Positions 47,501 through 56,095 of a DNA stretch of 64,000 bases are shown here, in pieces. This DNA comes from an uncultured Acidobacteriota bacterium. GTDB lineage: Bacteria; Acidobacteriota; Polarisedimenticolia; J045. The notes under the pieces were generated by a model. The model saw only the letters and a program-made list of their open reading frames with translations, did not search any database and was not told the DNA's origin. The position numbers and the translations under genes are program-made. The stretch lies in the NCBI GenBank assembly GCA_963702545.1, contig CAVPDB010000013.1, positions 90,118 to 154,117 on the forward strand, given 5' to 3'. Numbering within the stretch: position 1 is the first letter of the stretch; each line of letters opens with the position of its first letter.

Positions 47501-47761
47501 GTGCTGGTGAAGGTCGAAGGCGTAGCCGTCGAACGAGAACAGCCCCTCGCGCGTTCCGACCCAGAGCAGCCCGCTGCGGTCGAAGTAGAGCGCGTTGATC
47601 GTCTCGGCGAACAGCCCTTCGCGCGGGCCGTGGCGCTCGAGCGGTGGGGTCGGGAGGGTCGGCTGCGCGAGCGCCGCCGCGGGCGCCGCGAGCACGGCCA
47701 GGGCCAGCGCCAGCACGACGGGCGCGAGGCCCGCGAACTGCCGCCGCGCCGCGCCGCGCAT
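44504..47761 (-). CDS. propeller-type (Y_Y_Y-like) sensor histidine kinase, HisKA_3 class (two compensating frame breaks)
   Basis: Signal peptide, then many repeats of the type EDRAGNLWVGT..GGL.R. TM helix, H-box ELHDEMGQLLTAAK, and ATPase domain. The true reading is frame A 47761 to ~47350, frame B ~47350 to ~46786, then frame A to 44504. The breaks lie in the C run at 47348-47353 and the C run at 46783-46787 (plus-strand coordinates). Confidence 0.85.
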   Translation of the reverse strand: MRGAARRQFAGLAPVVLALALAVLAAPAAALAQPTLPTPPLERHGPREGLFAETINALYFDRSGLLWVGTREGLFSFDGYAFDLHQHVVGDPASLADNWVRTVFEDRAGNLWVGTNAGGLNRLDRASGGVTAFRHDGGTPARSATTASMRSPRPGRAGCGSGRNRASTSSIRRPAARSGCPSCRSRTRAPARSTSARCCPHRTVRSGSRRSATGSCASTPRPGRPGRSRSRRAASALPRRPTPSRWPSTRAGGSGSGGVSARWCTIRGRARPCARRCGRDRTIRCSRAWSRRWPRRRPARSGWARSSGCCGWTSRRSSSTGSASTGERQEDAQTEERITALALDAGGSLWLGTTSGGLARLLQPAGPFRAIRARSGAGSPSYGDITALFEDRRQRLWIGSFGGGIEVFEPGGPGFQSIPLRDQGRPVADGTLRIGEDRAGRLWLAATDGVTRFDPASGALTRFIHDPSDPASLPRGYAYALLIDRDDRVWIGTGGGGLARLREDGRGFERIVNRPDDPATPSDNFVTTLYEDRAGRLWMGTRSGGVNLVDRATLRVQRIPVDPQDPEALAHQYVTSILEDRAGNIWIGSAGGGLARLLRLDPERGARFERITARDGLVNDNVMSIVEDDDGSLWLATRRGLTRFDPLRRTFVSYDVADGLPSSEGNLSAAVRAHDAIYVGLLNGLVAIPRGTPFPTPPPARLALTALRTLKGPAAAPGSPWPPASVSIRHGEPLTVSFAVVDYDSHRRHRYAYRVAGGEWLDLGARRELTFTDLAPGAHRLELRARGARGEWSDPPLALTVQVVPPFYRTAWFRILSAVALAAGAITWHQVRTRRLERRNRELAELQVQREAALRVARSKEEELQSAFERLQALTRRLEAAKEEERKAIARELHDEMGQLLTAAKINIQLLQKLGPDGTAPRRLADTVGLLDRMIKLVRALSFELRPPLMDELGLIAALRGHLAAQADRTGLAVTFSDDGLPERLPAELEIAAFRIVQEAMTNVVRHAGATRVAVRLRAEDRRLWIEVEDDGQGFDPDAAAAATGGEHFGITGMRERAEALGGRVTLSSARGRGTAIRAELPWSA

Positions 47762-47765
47762 CGCC

Positions 47766-50267
47766 CTAGCCCTCGAACTGCACCCGGCCGCCCTGCAGCC
47801 GCTCCTCGATCAGCGCCCGGACCCGCCGGTTGAAACTCTCCGCGGCCTCCCCCTCGCGCGGCGTCACGGGCTCGAGGTAGGTCACGCGGACGCGGCGCAG
47901 CAGGCGCGGGAACCAGCGGCCGGCCGGCAGCACGCGGTGGGTGCCGTCGATCACGACCGGGACGACCGGGACGTTGAGCTCGCGGGCCAGGATCGCGTAG
48001 CTCTCCTTGAAGGTGCCGAGCTGGCCGCCGGCCGAGCGCGTCCCTTCCGGGAAGATCACGACGTTGTTGCCGCGCCGCAGCGCCGCGGCGACCTTCTGCA
48101 GCGACTGCAGGATCCCCTCGTCGGGCGTCGCCACGATCACGTTGCTGCGGTCGGCCAGGAACTTCTTCCAGGCCCCGCCGAAGTGCTTGGCCTTGGCGTA
48201 GTAGATCGTGCGCCAGACGGCGCTCTTGCGCATCGCGGCGTTGACGAACATCCCGTCGAAGAAGCTCTGGTGGTTGGGGGCGATGATGCAGGGCCCCTCG
48301 GGCAGGCGATCGCCGCCCTGCGCGTCGGTGCGGAACGCGAGGCGCACGAAGAGGTCGGAGGTGAAGACGATCAGGCGGTGCAGCAGGCTGCTGTGCGGCA
48401 GCGCGGGCGGCCGCGCCGGCTTCAGGATCTCGGACCACGAGAAGGCCGGCCCATCGCCCTTGTCGGTCTTGTACTGGGCGACGAAGCCGGCCAGGTCGCC
48501 GGCGGTCGCGAACTCGCCCAGCCGCGCCTCCGGGATCGCGACCCCGAACGCCTGCGTCAGGAAGGCGGCCAGCTCGACGCGCCCCAGCGAGTCGACGCCC
48601 AGATCGGCGTCGAGGCGGCTCGCGGCGCGCACCGGCTGGCGGTACTGCCGCTCGAGGAACGCGGCGATCTTCGCCAGCGTCGGGTCGCCGCTGTCGGCGG
48701 CGGCGGCGTCCGGCGCGGCCGCGGCCTCGCGGATCGCGCCCGCGATCGCCGCGAGCTGGTGGCGCCGCAGCTTGCCCAGCCGGGTGCGCGGCAGCTCTTC
48801 GCGCGCCAGCGTGACCCTCGTGACGCGCTTGTAGGGCGCCACGGTCGCGTTGTACGGCTCGAGCACCTCGCGCCGCAGCCACGCCTCGGCGGCGCCGCGG
48901 TCGGCGATCGGCAGCCCATCCCAGTTGGGCACCACCAGCGCGTGGAGCGTCTCGCCGTCGAGGAACACGCCGGCCTCGCGCACGGCCCCGGTCGCGCCCT
49001 GCAGCGCGGCCTCGATCGGCTGCGGGTTCACGTTCTTCCCGCTCGGCAGGATGATGATCTCCTTCAGCCGCCCGGTGATCGTCAGGAACCCCTCGTCGTC
49101 GAACTGGCCCAGGTCGCCGGTGTGCAGCCAGCCGTCGCGGATGATCGCCGCGGTCTCCTCCGGCCGGTTGTAGTAGCCCAGCATCATGTTCGGGCCGCGG
49201 GTCACGATCTCGCCGTCGACCGTCTTCACCTCGGTGCCGAAAAGGGCCTGGCCGCAGGTCCCCAGCTTGATCCTGCCGATCCGCGGGAAGGTGATCATCG
49301 GCGCGCACTCGGTCATCCCGTAGCCTTCGCAGACCGTGAAACCCAGGACGTCGAAGATCCGCGCGGTTTCCCGGCTCAGCGCGGCGCCGCCGCTGATCAG
49401 GTGCTGCAGCTTCCCACCCAGCTTGCGGTGGACCGAGCCGAAGATCAGCCGCGAGAAGCGCGGCGAGCCGACCTTCGCCGCCAGTGCGAACAGCGTGCGG
49501 GCCAGGCCGCTGGCCTCGATCCGGTCGCGGAAGGCGTGGCCCAGCACGTCGTAGAAGCGCGGCACGCCGACGATCGTCGTGACCTGGTTGCGCTTGAGCG
49601 TCGCGACCAGCTCCTCGCCGGCCAGCGAGGTCGCGAAGACGATCGTCGAGCCGCCGTAGAGCGGCGCGACCAGGCAGCCGGCCAGCGGCAGGACGTGGTG
49701 CAGAGGGAGCAGCAGGAAGATCCGCGAGTCGGGGGTGTAGTAGCCCTCGTTCACGACCGCGGTCACGTTGGCCAGGATGTTGCCGAAGGAGAGCATCACC
49801 CCCTTGGGGCTGCCGGTCGTGCCCGAGGTGTAGACGATCGCCGCCAGCGCGGCCGGGTCGGCCCCGACCGGCTCGGCGTCGGTCCGCCCGTCCGCCGCGG
49901 GCTCGTGCGGACGCTCCAGGTCGAGCAGCAGCGGCTTGTGCCCGGCCAGCGCCAGCGCCTTCTCGACGACCGGCCGCGTCTTCGCCGAGCAGTAGATCGC
50001 GCCCGGCGTGCAGTCGTCGAGGACGTAGGCGACCTCCTCCGCCGTCGACATGAAGTCGACCGGGACCAGGACCTTCTTCGCGCCCCAGATCGCGTAGGCG
50101 GCGTAGACCCACTCGAGCCGGTTCTCGGAGAAGACGACGATGCGCTCGCCGGCGCCGTCGAGGTCCTTCGCCCAGGCCCGGGCGCGGCGCAGCAGGACGT
50201 CGTAGGAGACGCGCTCGTCGCCCCAGACCAGGGCGGTCGTCGGGCGGGACTCGAGGAGAGTGGGCAT
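47766..50267 (-). CDS. three-domain fusion: acyl-AMP/CoA ligase + carrier (ACP-like) domain + lysophospholipid (AGPAT/PlsC-type) acyltransferase
   Basis: 833 aa.
- Adenylation motifs YTSGTTGSPKGV, EGYGMTEC, TGDLG and GRLKEIIILPSGKNVNP.
- Phosphopantetheine site context DADLGVDSLGRVELAAFL.
- Acyltransferase HX4D box APNHQSFFDG and the FPEGTRS box.
- The stop lies 4 bp from the kinase start. Confidence 0.85.
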   Translation of the reverse strand: MPTLLESRPTTALVWGDERVSYDVLLRRARAWAKDLDGAGERIVVFSENRLEWVYAAYAIWGAKKVLVPVDFMSTAEEVAYVLDDCTPGAIYCSAKTRPVVEKALALAGHKPLLLDLERPHEPAADGRTDAEPVGADPAALAAIVYTSGTTGSPKGVMLSFGNILANVTAVVNEGYYTPDSRIFLLLPLHHVLPLAGCLVAPLYGGSTIVFATSLAGEELVATLKRNQVTTIVGVPRFYDVLGHAFRDRIEASGLARTLFALAAKVGSPRFSRLIFGSVHRKLGGKLQHLISGGAALSRETARIFDVLGFTVCEGYGMTECAPMITFPRIGRIKLGTCGQALFGTEVKTVDGEIVTRGPNMMLGYYNRPEETAAIIRDGWLHTGDLGQFDDEGFLTITGRLKEIIILPSGKNVNPQPIEAALQGATGAVREAGVFLDGETLHALVVPNWDGLPIADRGAAEAWLRREVLEPYNATVAPYKRVTRVTLAREELPRTRLGKLRRHQLAAIAGAIREAAAAPDAAAADSGDPTLAKIAAFLERQYRQPVRAASRLDADLGVDSLGRVELAAFLTQAFGVAIPEARLGEFATAGDLAGFVAQYKTDKGDGPAFSWSEILKPARPPALPHSSLLHRLIVFTSDLFVRLAFRTDAQGGDRLPEGPCIIAPNHQSFFDGMFVNAAMRKSAVWRTIYYAKAKHFGGAWKKFLADRSNVIVATPDEGILQSLQKVAAALRRGNNVVIFPEGTRSAGGQLGTFKESYAILARELNVPVVPVVIDGTHRVLPAGRWFPRLLRRVRVTYLEPVTPREGEAAESFNRRVRALIEERLQGGRVQFEG

Positions 50268-50388
50268 CGGCGGGCGCTCCCGGGGGCGGCGGGAGTATGG
50301 AGCGGGGCCGAACGGCGGTCTATCGCGCGGGGCGGATACGGCCCGGCCCGGGGACCGTGGGGATGTTAAGACCCTTCAGATGAGGAAC

Positions 50389-50417
50389 TTGACCGATGTT
50401 CGACGACGCCGTACTAT
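50389..50417 (+). promoter_or_regulatory. sigma70-like promoter predicting a leaderless mRNA for the DUF4143 ATPase
   Basis: TTGACC (50389-50394), 17 nt spacer, TACTAT (50412-50417), in a locally AT-rich patch. The ATG at 50424 begins 7 nt after the -10 hexamer, and there is no Shine-Dalgarno sequence. Confidence 0.5.
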
Positions 50418-50423
50418 AGTCAT

Positions 50424-51647
50424 ATGTTCCTGCCGCGCCTGCTCGAAGCCCCGCTGCTCGAGATCTCCTCCGGCTTCCCGGCGCTCCTCCTCACGGGGGC
50501 GCGGCAGGTCGGGAAGACCACCCTGCTCCGGCACGCCGCGGAGCGGGAAGGCCGCGCCCGGCGCGTCGTCTCGCTCGACGAGTTCGGACCGCGCGGCGCC
50601 GCGCTCGAGGACCCCGAGCTCTTCCTTCAGAGGTATCCGCCGCCCGTGCTGATCGACGAGGTCCAGCACGCGCCCCGGCTGCTCGAGGCCCTCAAGCCGG
50701 CGATCGACCGCGGCGCGCCCGCTGGATCCTACTGGCTGAGCGGATCGCAGCCCCTTCCCCTGATGCGCGGCGTCTCCGAGTCGCTGGCGGGGCGGGTCGG
50801 CGTGCTCGCGCTGCTCGGGCTGTCGCTGGCCGAGCGCTCCGGATGGCCGCTGTCCGGGCCCCCCTTCCGTCCCGATCGCCCGCGGCGCGGCGCGCTGCCG
50901 CGGCTCGGGCTGCTCGAAGTGTTCGAGCGGATCCTGCAGGGGGGGCTGCCCCGGCTCACGCACGCCGACGCTCCGCCGCGCGAGGTCTTCCTCGATTCCT
51001 ACCTGCAGACGTACATCGAGCGCGACGTGCGCCTGCTGTCCCCGATCGGCGACCTCGCACGGTTCCAGCGCTTCCTCCGGGTGGCGGCCTCCCGCGTCGG
51101 GCAGCTCCTGAACGTCGCGGACATGGCCCGCGACGTGGGCGTGGCCCCGAGCACGGCCCACGAGTGGCTGCACCTGCTCGAGGCGACGGGCCAGGTCTAC
51201 CTCCTGCGCCCCTACTTCGAGAAGATCGGCAAGCGGCAGATCAAGTCGCCGAAGCTCTACTTCCTCGACACCGGCATCGCGGCCCACCTGGCCGGATGGA
51301 GCGCACCGGAGCCCGCCTCGCGGGGCGCGATGGCGGGGGCGCTGTTCGAGAACCTCGTCGTCACCGAGATCCTGAAGAGCTACCGCCATCGGGCCCGCGA
51401 GGCGCCGATCTGGTACTTCCGCGACAAGGAGCGGCACGAGGTCGACCTGCTGGTCGCCGAGGACGGGTTGCTGTTTCCGGTGGAGGCGAAGCTGACCGCC
51501 TCCCCGGGGCCGGACGACTTCGCGGGTTATCGGGCGCTCCAGCGGGCCGGGGCGCCGCTCGGTCCGGGCGCGGTGATCTGCCTGGTGCCCGAGCGCACCC
51601 CGCTGGGACGCGACCTGGATGCCGTGCCGGTGACGGAGCTGGGCTAG
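50424..51647 (+). CDS. AAA-family ATPase with DUF4143-type C-terminal domain
   Basis: 407 aa. Walker A LLLTGARQVGKTTLL, Walker B-like PPVLIDEVQ, and a C-terminal region typical of AAA_14/DUF4143 proteins (KLYFLDTGIAAHL...). Confidence 0.8.
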   Translation: MFLPRLLEAPLLEISSGFPALLLTGARQVGKTTLLRHAAEREGRARRVVSLDEFGPRGAALEDPELFLQRYPPPVLIDEVQHAPRLLEALKPAIDRGAPAGSYWLSGSQPLPLMRGVSESLAGRVGVLALLGLSLAERSGWPLSGPPFRPDRPRRGALPRLGLLEVFERILQGGLPRLTHADAPPREVFLDSYLQTYIERDVRLLSPIGDLARFQRFLRVAASRVGQLLNVADMARDVGVAPSTAHEWLHLLEATGQVYLLRPYFEKIGKRQIKSPKLYFLDTGIAAHLAGWSAPEPASRGAMAGALFENLVVTEILKSYRHRAREAPIWYFRDKERHEVDLLVAEDGLLFPVEAKLTASPGPDDFAGYRALQRAGAPLGPGAVICLVPERTPLGRDLDAVPVTELG

Positions 51648-51704
51648 CGCACGTCGCGCGCGGCCGGCCGGTTGGCGAGCCCGGCGGTGCGCTCCGGCCG
51701 GCGC

Positions 51705-52310
51705 TCAGGGCGCCGCGCCGTACTCCCGCGCCAGCGCCTCGAGCGCCTGCAGCAGCTCGGTCTTCGAGGCGTAGCGCGCCGGGGGACCGCCCTTCGCCAG
51801 CGCGGCATCGGCCGCGCGCCGGCCGGCGGGGGCGATCGCGGCGCGGGCCGCCAGGCCGCGCTCGGCGCGCGCCGTCGCGGCGTCGACCTGCTCGGGCAGG
51901 CCGGGCGTCCCGAACCAGACCGGGTCGGACGCCAGGTCGACCGGGCCCGGGACCAGCACCACCACGCGGCCCGACTCGAAGGCGCGCGTGACGCGCTGCG
52001 CGGGGAGCGAGCCGACGAACAGCACCGGCTCCTGCGTCTCGCGCGGGCGCAGCAGCGCGGGGTCGGCCTCGAGCACCAGCACCAGGCCCGACGAGACCTC
52101 CGGGTGCTCGGCCGACCAGTCGTAGCGGAACGGCGTGTCGAGCGTGAACGGCCGCGCGTAGAGCACGCCGCGCACCGGGGCCGGGGTCTCCGGCAGCGGC
52201 GGCGTGGCGAGCGCCGGGATCGCCAGCGCGAGCGCGGCAGCCGCGGCGAGCGCCGCGAGCGCGCGCCGGGCGGGGCGCGCGAGGGTCGGGACGGGCGGGC
52301 GTCGGCTCAT
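51705..52310 (-). CDS. hypothetical secreted protein
   Basis: 201 aa with a signal peptide (ALAALAAAAALALAIPALA). Starts 4 nt after the stop of the upstream hydrolase gene. No family recognised. Confidence 0.5.
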   Translation of the reverse strand: MSRRPPVPTLARPARRALAALAAAAALALAIPALATPPLPETPAPVRGVLYARPFTLDTPFRYDWSAEHPEVSSGLVLVLEADPALLRPRETQEPVLFVGSLPAQRVTRAFESGRVVVLVPGPVDLASDPVWFGTPGLPEQVDAATARAERGLAARAAIAPAGRRAADAALAKGGPPARYASKTELLQALEALAREYGAAP

Positions 52311-52314
52311 CGCG

Positions 52315-54853
52315 CTACTCCTTCACCAGCTCGATGTCGTCGAGCGCGACCCGCCCCTCGGCCGAGCCGTAGACCGCGCCGAAGTCGAAGCGGATCGAGA
52401 GCACGTTCCCCAGGTCGAGATTCGCGCCGTCGCGCAGGAAGTCGGTCAGCCGGATGCGGACCGTCTCGAACTCGTTCTGCCAGCCGGTCCCGGCGCCGTA
52501 GCCGGTGCGCTGGTACGGCTCCTCGATCCCGCCGCCGAAGGCCCCGATCCCGATCGCGCTGCGGCGGCCGCCGGTGTCGGCCAGCGTGACCGTGAAGGTC
52601 AGGTCGCCCAGCGCCGCGATCGTCCGCGGGTGCCGCGTCATCTGCGTCGCCCGGAACGACAGGAAGGTGTCGTCGCGGAAGTCGCGCGCCACGGGGATCA
52701 CGTCCAGCTCGTAGAAGCCGGGGCTGCCCTTGGGCGAACTCGAAGACCGCGCCGCGGCCCAGGTCTTCGCTCCGCCCGCGGGTCATCCCGTTCATCGGCT
52801 CGCTGCCGGTCCACTCGAACGAGCCGCCGGTCTCCTGCTCGCGCTGCTCGGCCAGCGCGGCGACGGTGGCGGTCACCGCGCCCCCCGAGCTGCTCGTGCC
52901 CGGCGCGGGCTGGGACTGGTAGTCGTCGACCACGAAGCTGCGCCGGGCCGGCGGCTCGCGCAGCTCGTTGACGACCACCGTCCCGGCCGCGACGCCCAGC
53001 GGCCGGAACGCCTCCCACTGGCGCCAGAAGATGTCCTTGGCCGGCGCGAAGCGCTCGACGAACTGCTTGAGCAGCGCCAGCTGGACGACCTTCTGGACGC
53101 GCTGGGCCTCCTCGCGCCCGATCGCGCTGCCGGCCGGGCCGCTGAAGTCCTCGAACCCGCAGCAGTTGAAGTCGTTGTGGTCGGCGCCGTGGACGTAGGT
53201 CGACTGCCGCGCGCCGGTCGCCCGCTCGTAGAGCCCGAACGACTGCGCGACCGCGTTGTTGGGGCAGCCGCAGACGTCGCCGTCGGCCGAGCCGTAGAGC
53301 AGGTGGTAGGGGACGCCGTGCGGGTCGGACTGCGCCGGCCCGAGGAAATCGGTCGGCGCGATGCTGCTGATCACCGCGATGTCCCGCGCGCTGTACTGCG
53401 CCGCCGGCCAGGCCTCGTCGACCAGCCGGTCGTAGGCCCGCGCCACCCCCTCGCCGCCGCGGCTGTGGCCGATCCAGGCGATCCGGGTGTCGTCGATGTG
53501 GCCGTTCAGGACCCCGCCGCCCAGCGTGGCCTGCTGCGCCAGGATCTTGTCCGTGAAGGTCAGCGTGGTGGTGGAGGCGGTCTCGATCCCGGGGCCGGTG
53601 TTGTTGTCGTGCGACATCGCGATGAAGCCGTAGGACGCGAGGTGCCGGCCCAGGAAGTCGTACCAGTCGTAGCAGTGGCCGTTGCCGTGGCTGATCACGG
53701 CCAGCGGGTAGGTCCCCGTCGCGCCCGGATCGTTCAGGACCGAGGGGTAGTAGATCCGCATGTCGTCGTTGCCGCTGCCCGAGCAGTGGGGCGGCTCGGG
53801 GCCGAGGTCGTCGAACTGCGAGACCGCCAACGGGCCGGGCTGGGTCAGGTCGCGCAGCACCGTGAACCCCGGGCCGTCGGACAGGCCGTCGGCCAGTTCG
53901 CCGGAGTCCAGCGTCCCGTTGCGGTTGCAGTCGAGCGCCAGGTCGTAGCCGCGGCCGATCGCGGTGCCGTCGACCGCCGAGAGCGACGCGCTGCCGGACA
54001 GCGCGAAGGTGTTGTCGCGCACCCCGCCGGCCACGAAGGTCCGCGTCTCGGGGGCGCCGCGCACGTCGGCCAGCGCGGTGCCGGCGCACCATGCGGCGGC
54101 CGAGCGCTTGGCCAGGACGTAGACGTCGCAGGTCTGTCCCGTCACGGCCGGGTGCGTCGTCGGGTCGACCGCCAGCTCGACCGGCGTCCCCTGGTTCGCG
54201 GCGGCCGTGAACTCGAAGTGCGGGTAAGAGAGGAGGCTGCGCCCGGCCAGCTCGGCGGCGGCGCCGACCCCGGCGTCGGGGTCGACGACCGCGAAGCAGC
54301 CGCCGCCCGGCCGGCAGCTGTCGATCGTGCACGGGTCGCCGTCGTCGCAGCCGATGCTGGCGTACTCGCAGCCGCCGGTCGCCTCGACGCAGCGGTCGGC
54401 GGTGCAGTCGTCACCGTCGTTGCAGGTGATCGGCGCGCCGGCGACGCAGACCGGGGTCACGGTGCCGCAGGTCTCGACGCCGTCGCAGTTGATCCCGTTG
54501 TCGCACTCGGCGTTGCTGACGCAGCGCTGCGGGTCGTCGACCAGGTAGAAGCTGATCGGGGCGATCCCGGCCGCGACCGGCTCCTCGTAGAAGGTCTGCT
54601 GGGTCGCGCCGGCCAGCCACGCCGGCCGCACGATGTCGGTCGGGTCGGGGGAGCGGTAGACGCCGTAGGGCCCCGATCCGGCCTGCCAACTGACCCGGAC
54701 GGTGCTGCCGGTCCGGGTCACGCGGACCGAGCCGGGGGCGGGGTCGGCCAGGGCGGCCGGGGGGCCGGCCAGGAGCAGCGCGGCCAGCGGGAACACGAGC
54801 AAACAGCGGGCGTTCCGGCCGGACGGCGCGGCCGGGGCGCGGTGACGGGTCAC
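52315..54853 (-). CDS. secreted Cys-rich-repeat / alpha-beta hydrolase (PAF-acetylhydrolase/chlorophyllase-like) protein (one frame break)
   Basis: The GTG at 54853 follows GGGAGAG. Signal peptide present. Cys-rich repeats (CDNGINCDGVETC, CNDGDDCTADRC, CDDGDPCTIDSC). Ca-loop-like DCNRNGTLDSGE. Hydrolase core PLAVISHGNGH and nucleophile elbow IGHSRGGEG. The frame breaks in the G run at 52720-52723 (plus-strand coordinates). The corrected sequence reads ...FEFAQGQPGFYELDVIPVARDF... and runs to the stop at 52315. Confidence 0.75.
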
Positions 54854-54912
54854 GGCATTCTCTCCCGGGGGTGGGCGGGAATATACGGCGAACAGCGGCG
54901 CTCGGGGTGGCG

Positions 54913-54944
54913 GGAATTACCGTGCTGGCTATAGTGGTAATTCC
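54913..54944. promoter_or_regulatory. operator-like 9-bp perfect inverted repeat in a divergent promoter region
   Basis: GGAATTACC (54913-54921), 14 nt containing TATAGT, GGTAATTCC (54936-54944). The right half-site ends 27 nt upstream of the nmrA-like ATG, just before its AGGAGGA. Confidence 0.45.
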
Positions 54945-54970
54945 AATTGGAACGATAGGAGGACGAGCTC

Positions 54971-55922
54971 ATGGCCGACAAGAAAATCATCGCCGTCATC
55001 GGCGCCACGGGCGCCCAGGGCAGCGGGCTGGTTCGGGCGATCCTCGCCGACCCCAGCGGCGAATTCGCCGCCCGTGCGATCACCCGCGACGCGAACAGCG
55101 ACAAGGCGAAGGAACTGGCGAAGCTCGGCGCCGAGGTCGTGGCCGCCGACGTCAACGACCTGGAGAGCCTGAAGCGGGCCTTCGCCGGCGCCTACGGCGC
55201 GTTCTGCGTCACCTTCTTCTGGGAGCACTTCTCCGCCGAGAAGGAGACCGCTCAGGCCACCGCGATGGCCGAGGCGGCCAAGGCCGCCGGCGTCCAGCAC
55301 GTGATCTGGTCGACGCTCGAGGACACGCGCAAGTGGGTCCCGCTGTCCGACGACCGGATGCCGACGCTGCAGGGGAAGTACAAGGTCCCGCACTTCGACG
55401 CCAAGGGCGAGGCCGACGCGGTCTTCGCGCGGCTCGGCGTGCCGACGACCTACCTGCTGACGTCGTTCTACTGGGAGAACTTGATCCACTTCGGGATGGG
55501 TCCAAAGAAGGGGCCGGACGGCGTGCTGGCCTTCACGATGCCGATGGGGGACGCGAAGCTCCCCGGGATCGCGGCCGAGGACATCGGGCGCTGTGCCTAC
55601 GGCATCCTCAAGGGTGGTCGGACGCTGGTCGGCCAGCGCGTCGGGATCGCGGGCGAGCACCTGACCGGCGCGGAGATGGCGGCTGGGTTGACCCGGGCGC
55701 TGGGCCAGGAGATCCGGTACGTCGCGGTCGAGCCCGACGGTCTACCGCGGCTTCGGCTTCCCGGGCGCCGACGACATCGGGAACATGTTCCAGTTCAACC
55801 GCGACTTCTCGAAGGACTTCTGCGCCGCGCGCCCGATCGACGGCTCGCGCGCGCTGAACCCGCAGCTGCAGTCGTTCGACACCTGGCTCGCGAAGAACAA
55901 GGACCGGATCCCGCTCGGCTGA
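54971..55922 (+). CDS. NmrA-like NAD(P)-binding protein (one frame break)
   Basis: Rossmann motif IAVIGATGAQGSGLVRA. The frame breaks at about 55739 (extra G after GAG CCC GAC). The continuation VYRGFGFPGADDIGNMFQFNRDF...LAKNKDRIPLG ends at the TGA at 55920-55922. Confidence 0.8.
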
Positions 55923-55967
55923 GCGGGCCACGGTCCGCCGCAGCGCGCCTTCCGCGTGGCGCGAACC

Positions 55968-56035
55968 GTAGGGGCCGGCCTCCGTGCCGGCCCGAAACGC
56001 ACCGGCGCGTTTCGGGCCGGCACGGAGGCCGGCCC
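55968..56035. repeat. REP-like element pair forming a long palindrome between convergent genes
   Basis: Forward copy GTAGGGGCCGGCCTCCGTGCCGGCCC (55968-55993) and inverted copy at 56014-56035, joined by GAAACGC-ACCGGC-GCGTTTC. Bases 55972-56000 pair perfectly with 56007-56035 (29-bp arms, 6-nt centre). Confidence 0.9.
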
Positions 56036-56095
56036 GGTCGGCGAGGCGAACGGCCAGCGCAGCGGACGAATCAGCCGGCCGGCGAGGCGGACGGA

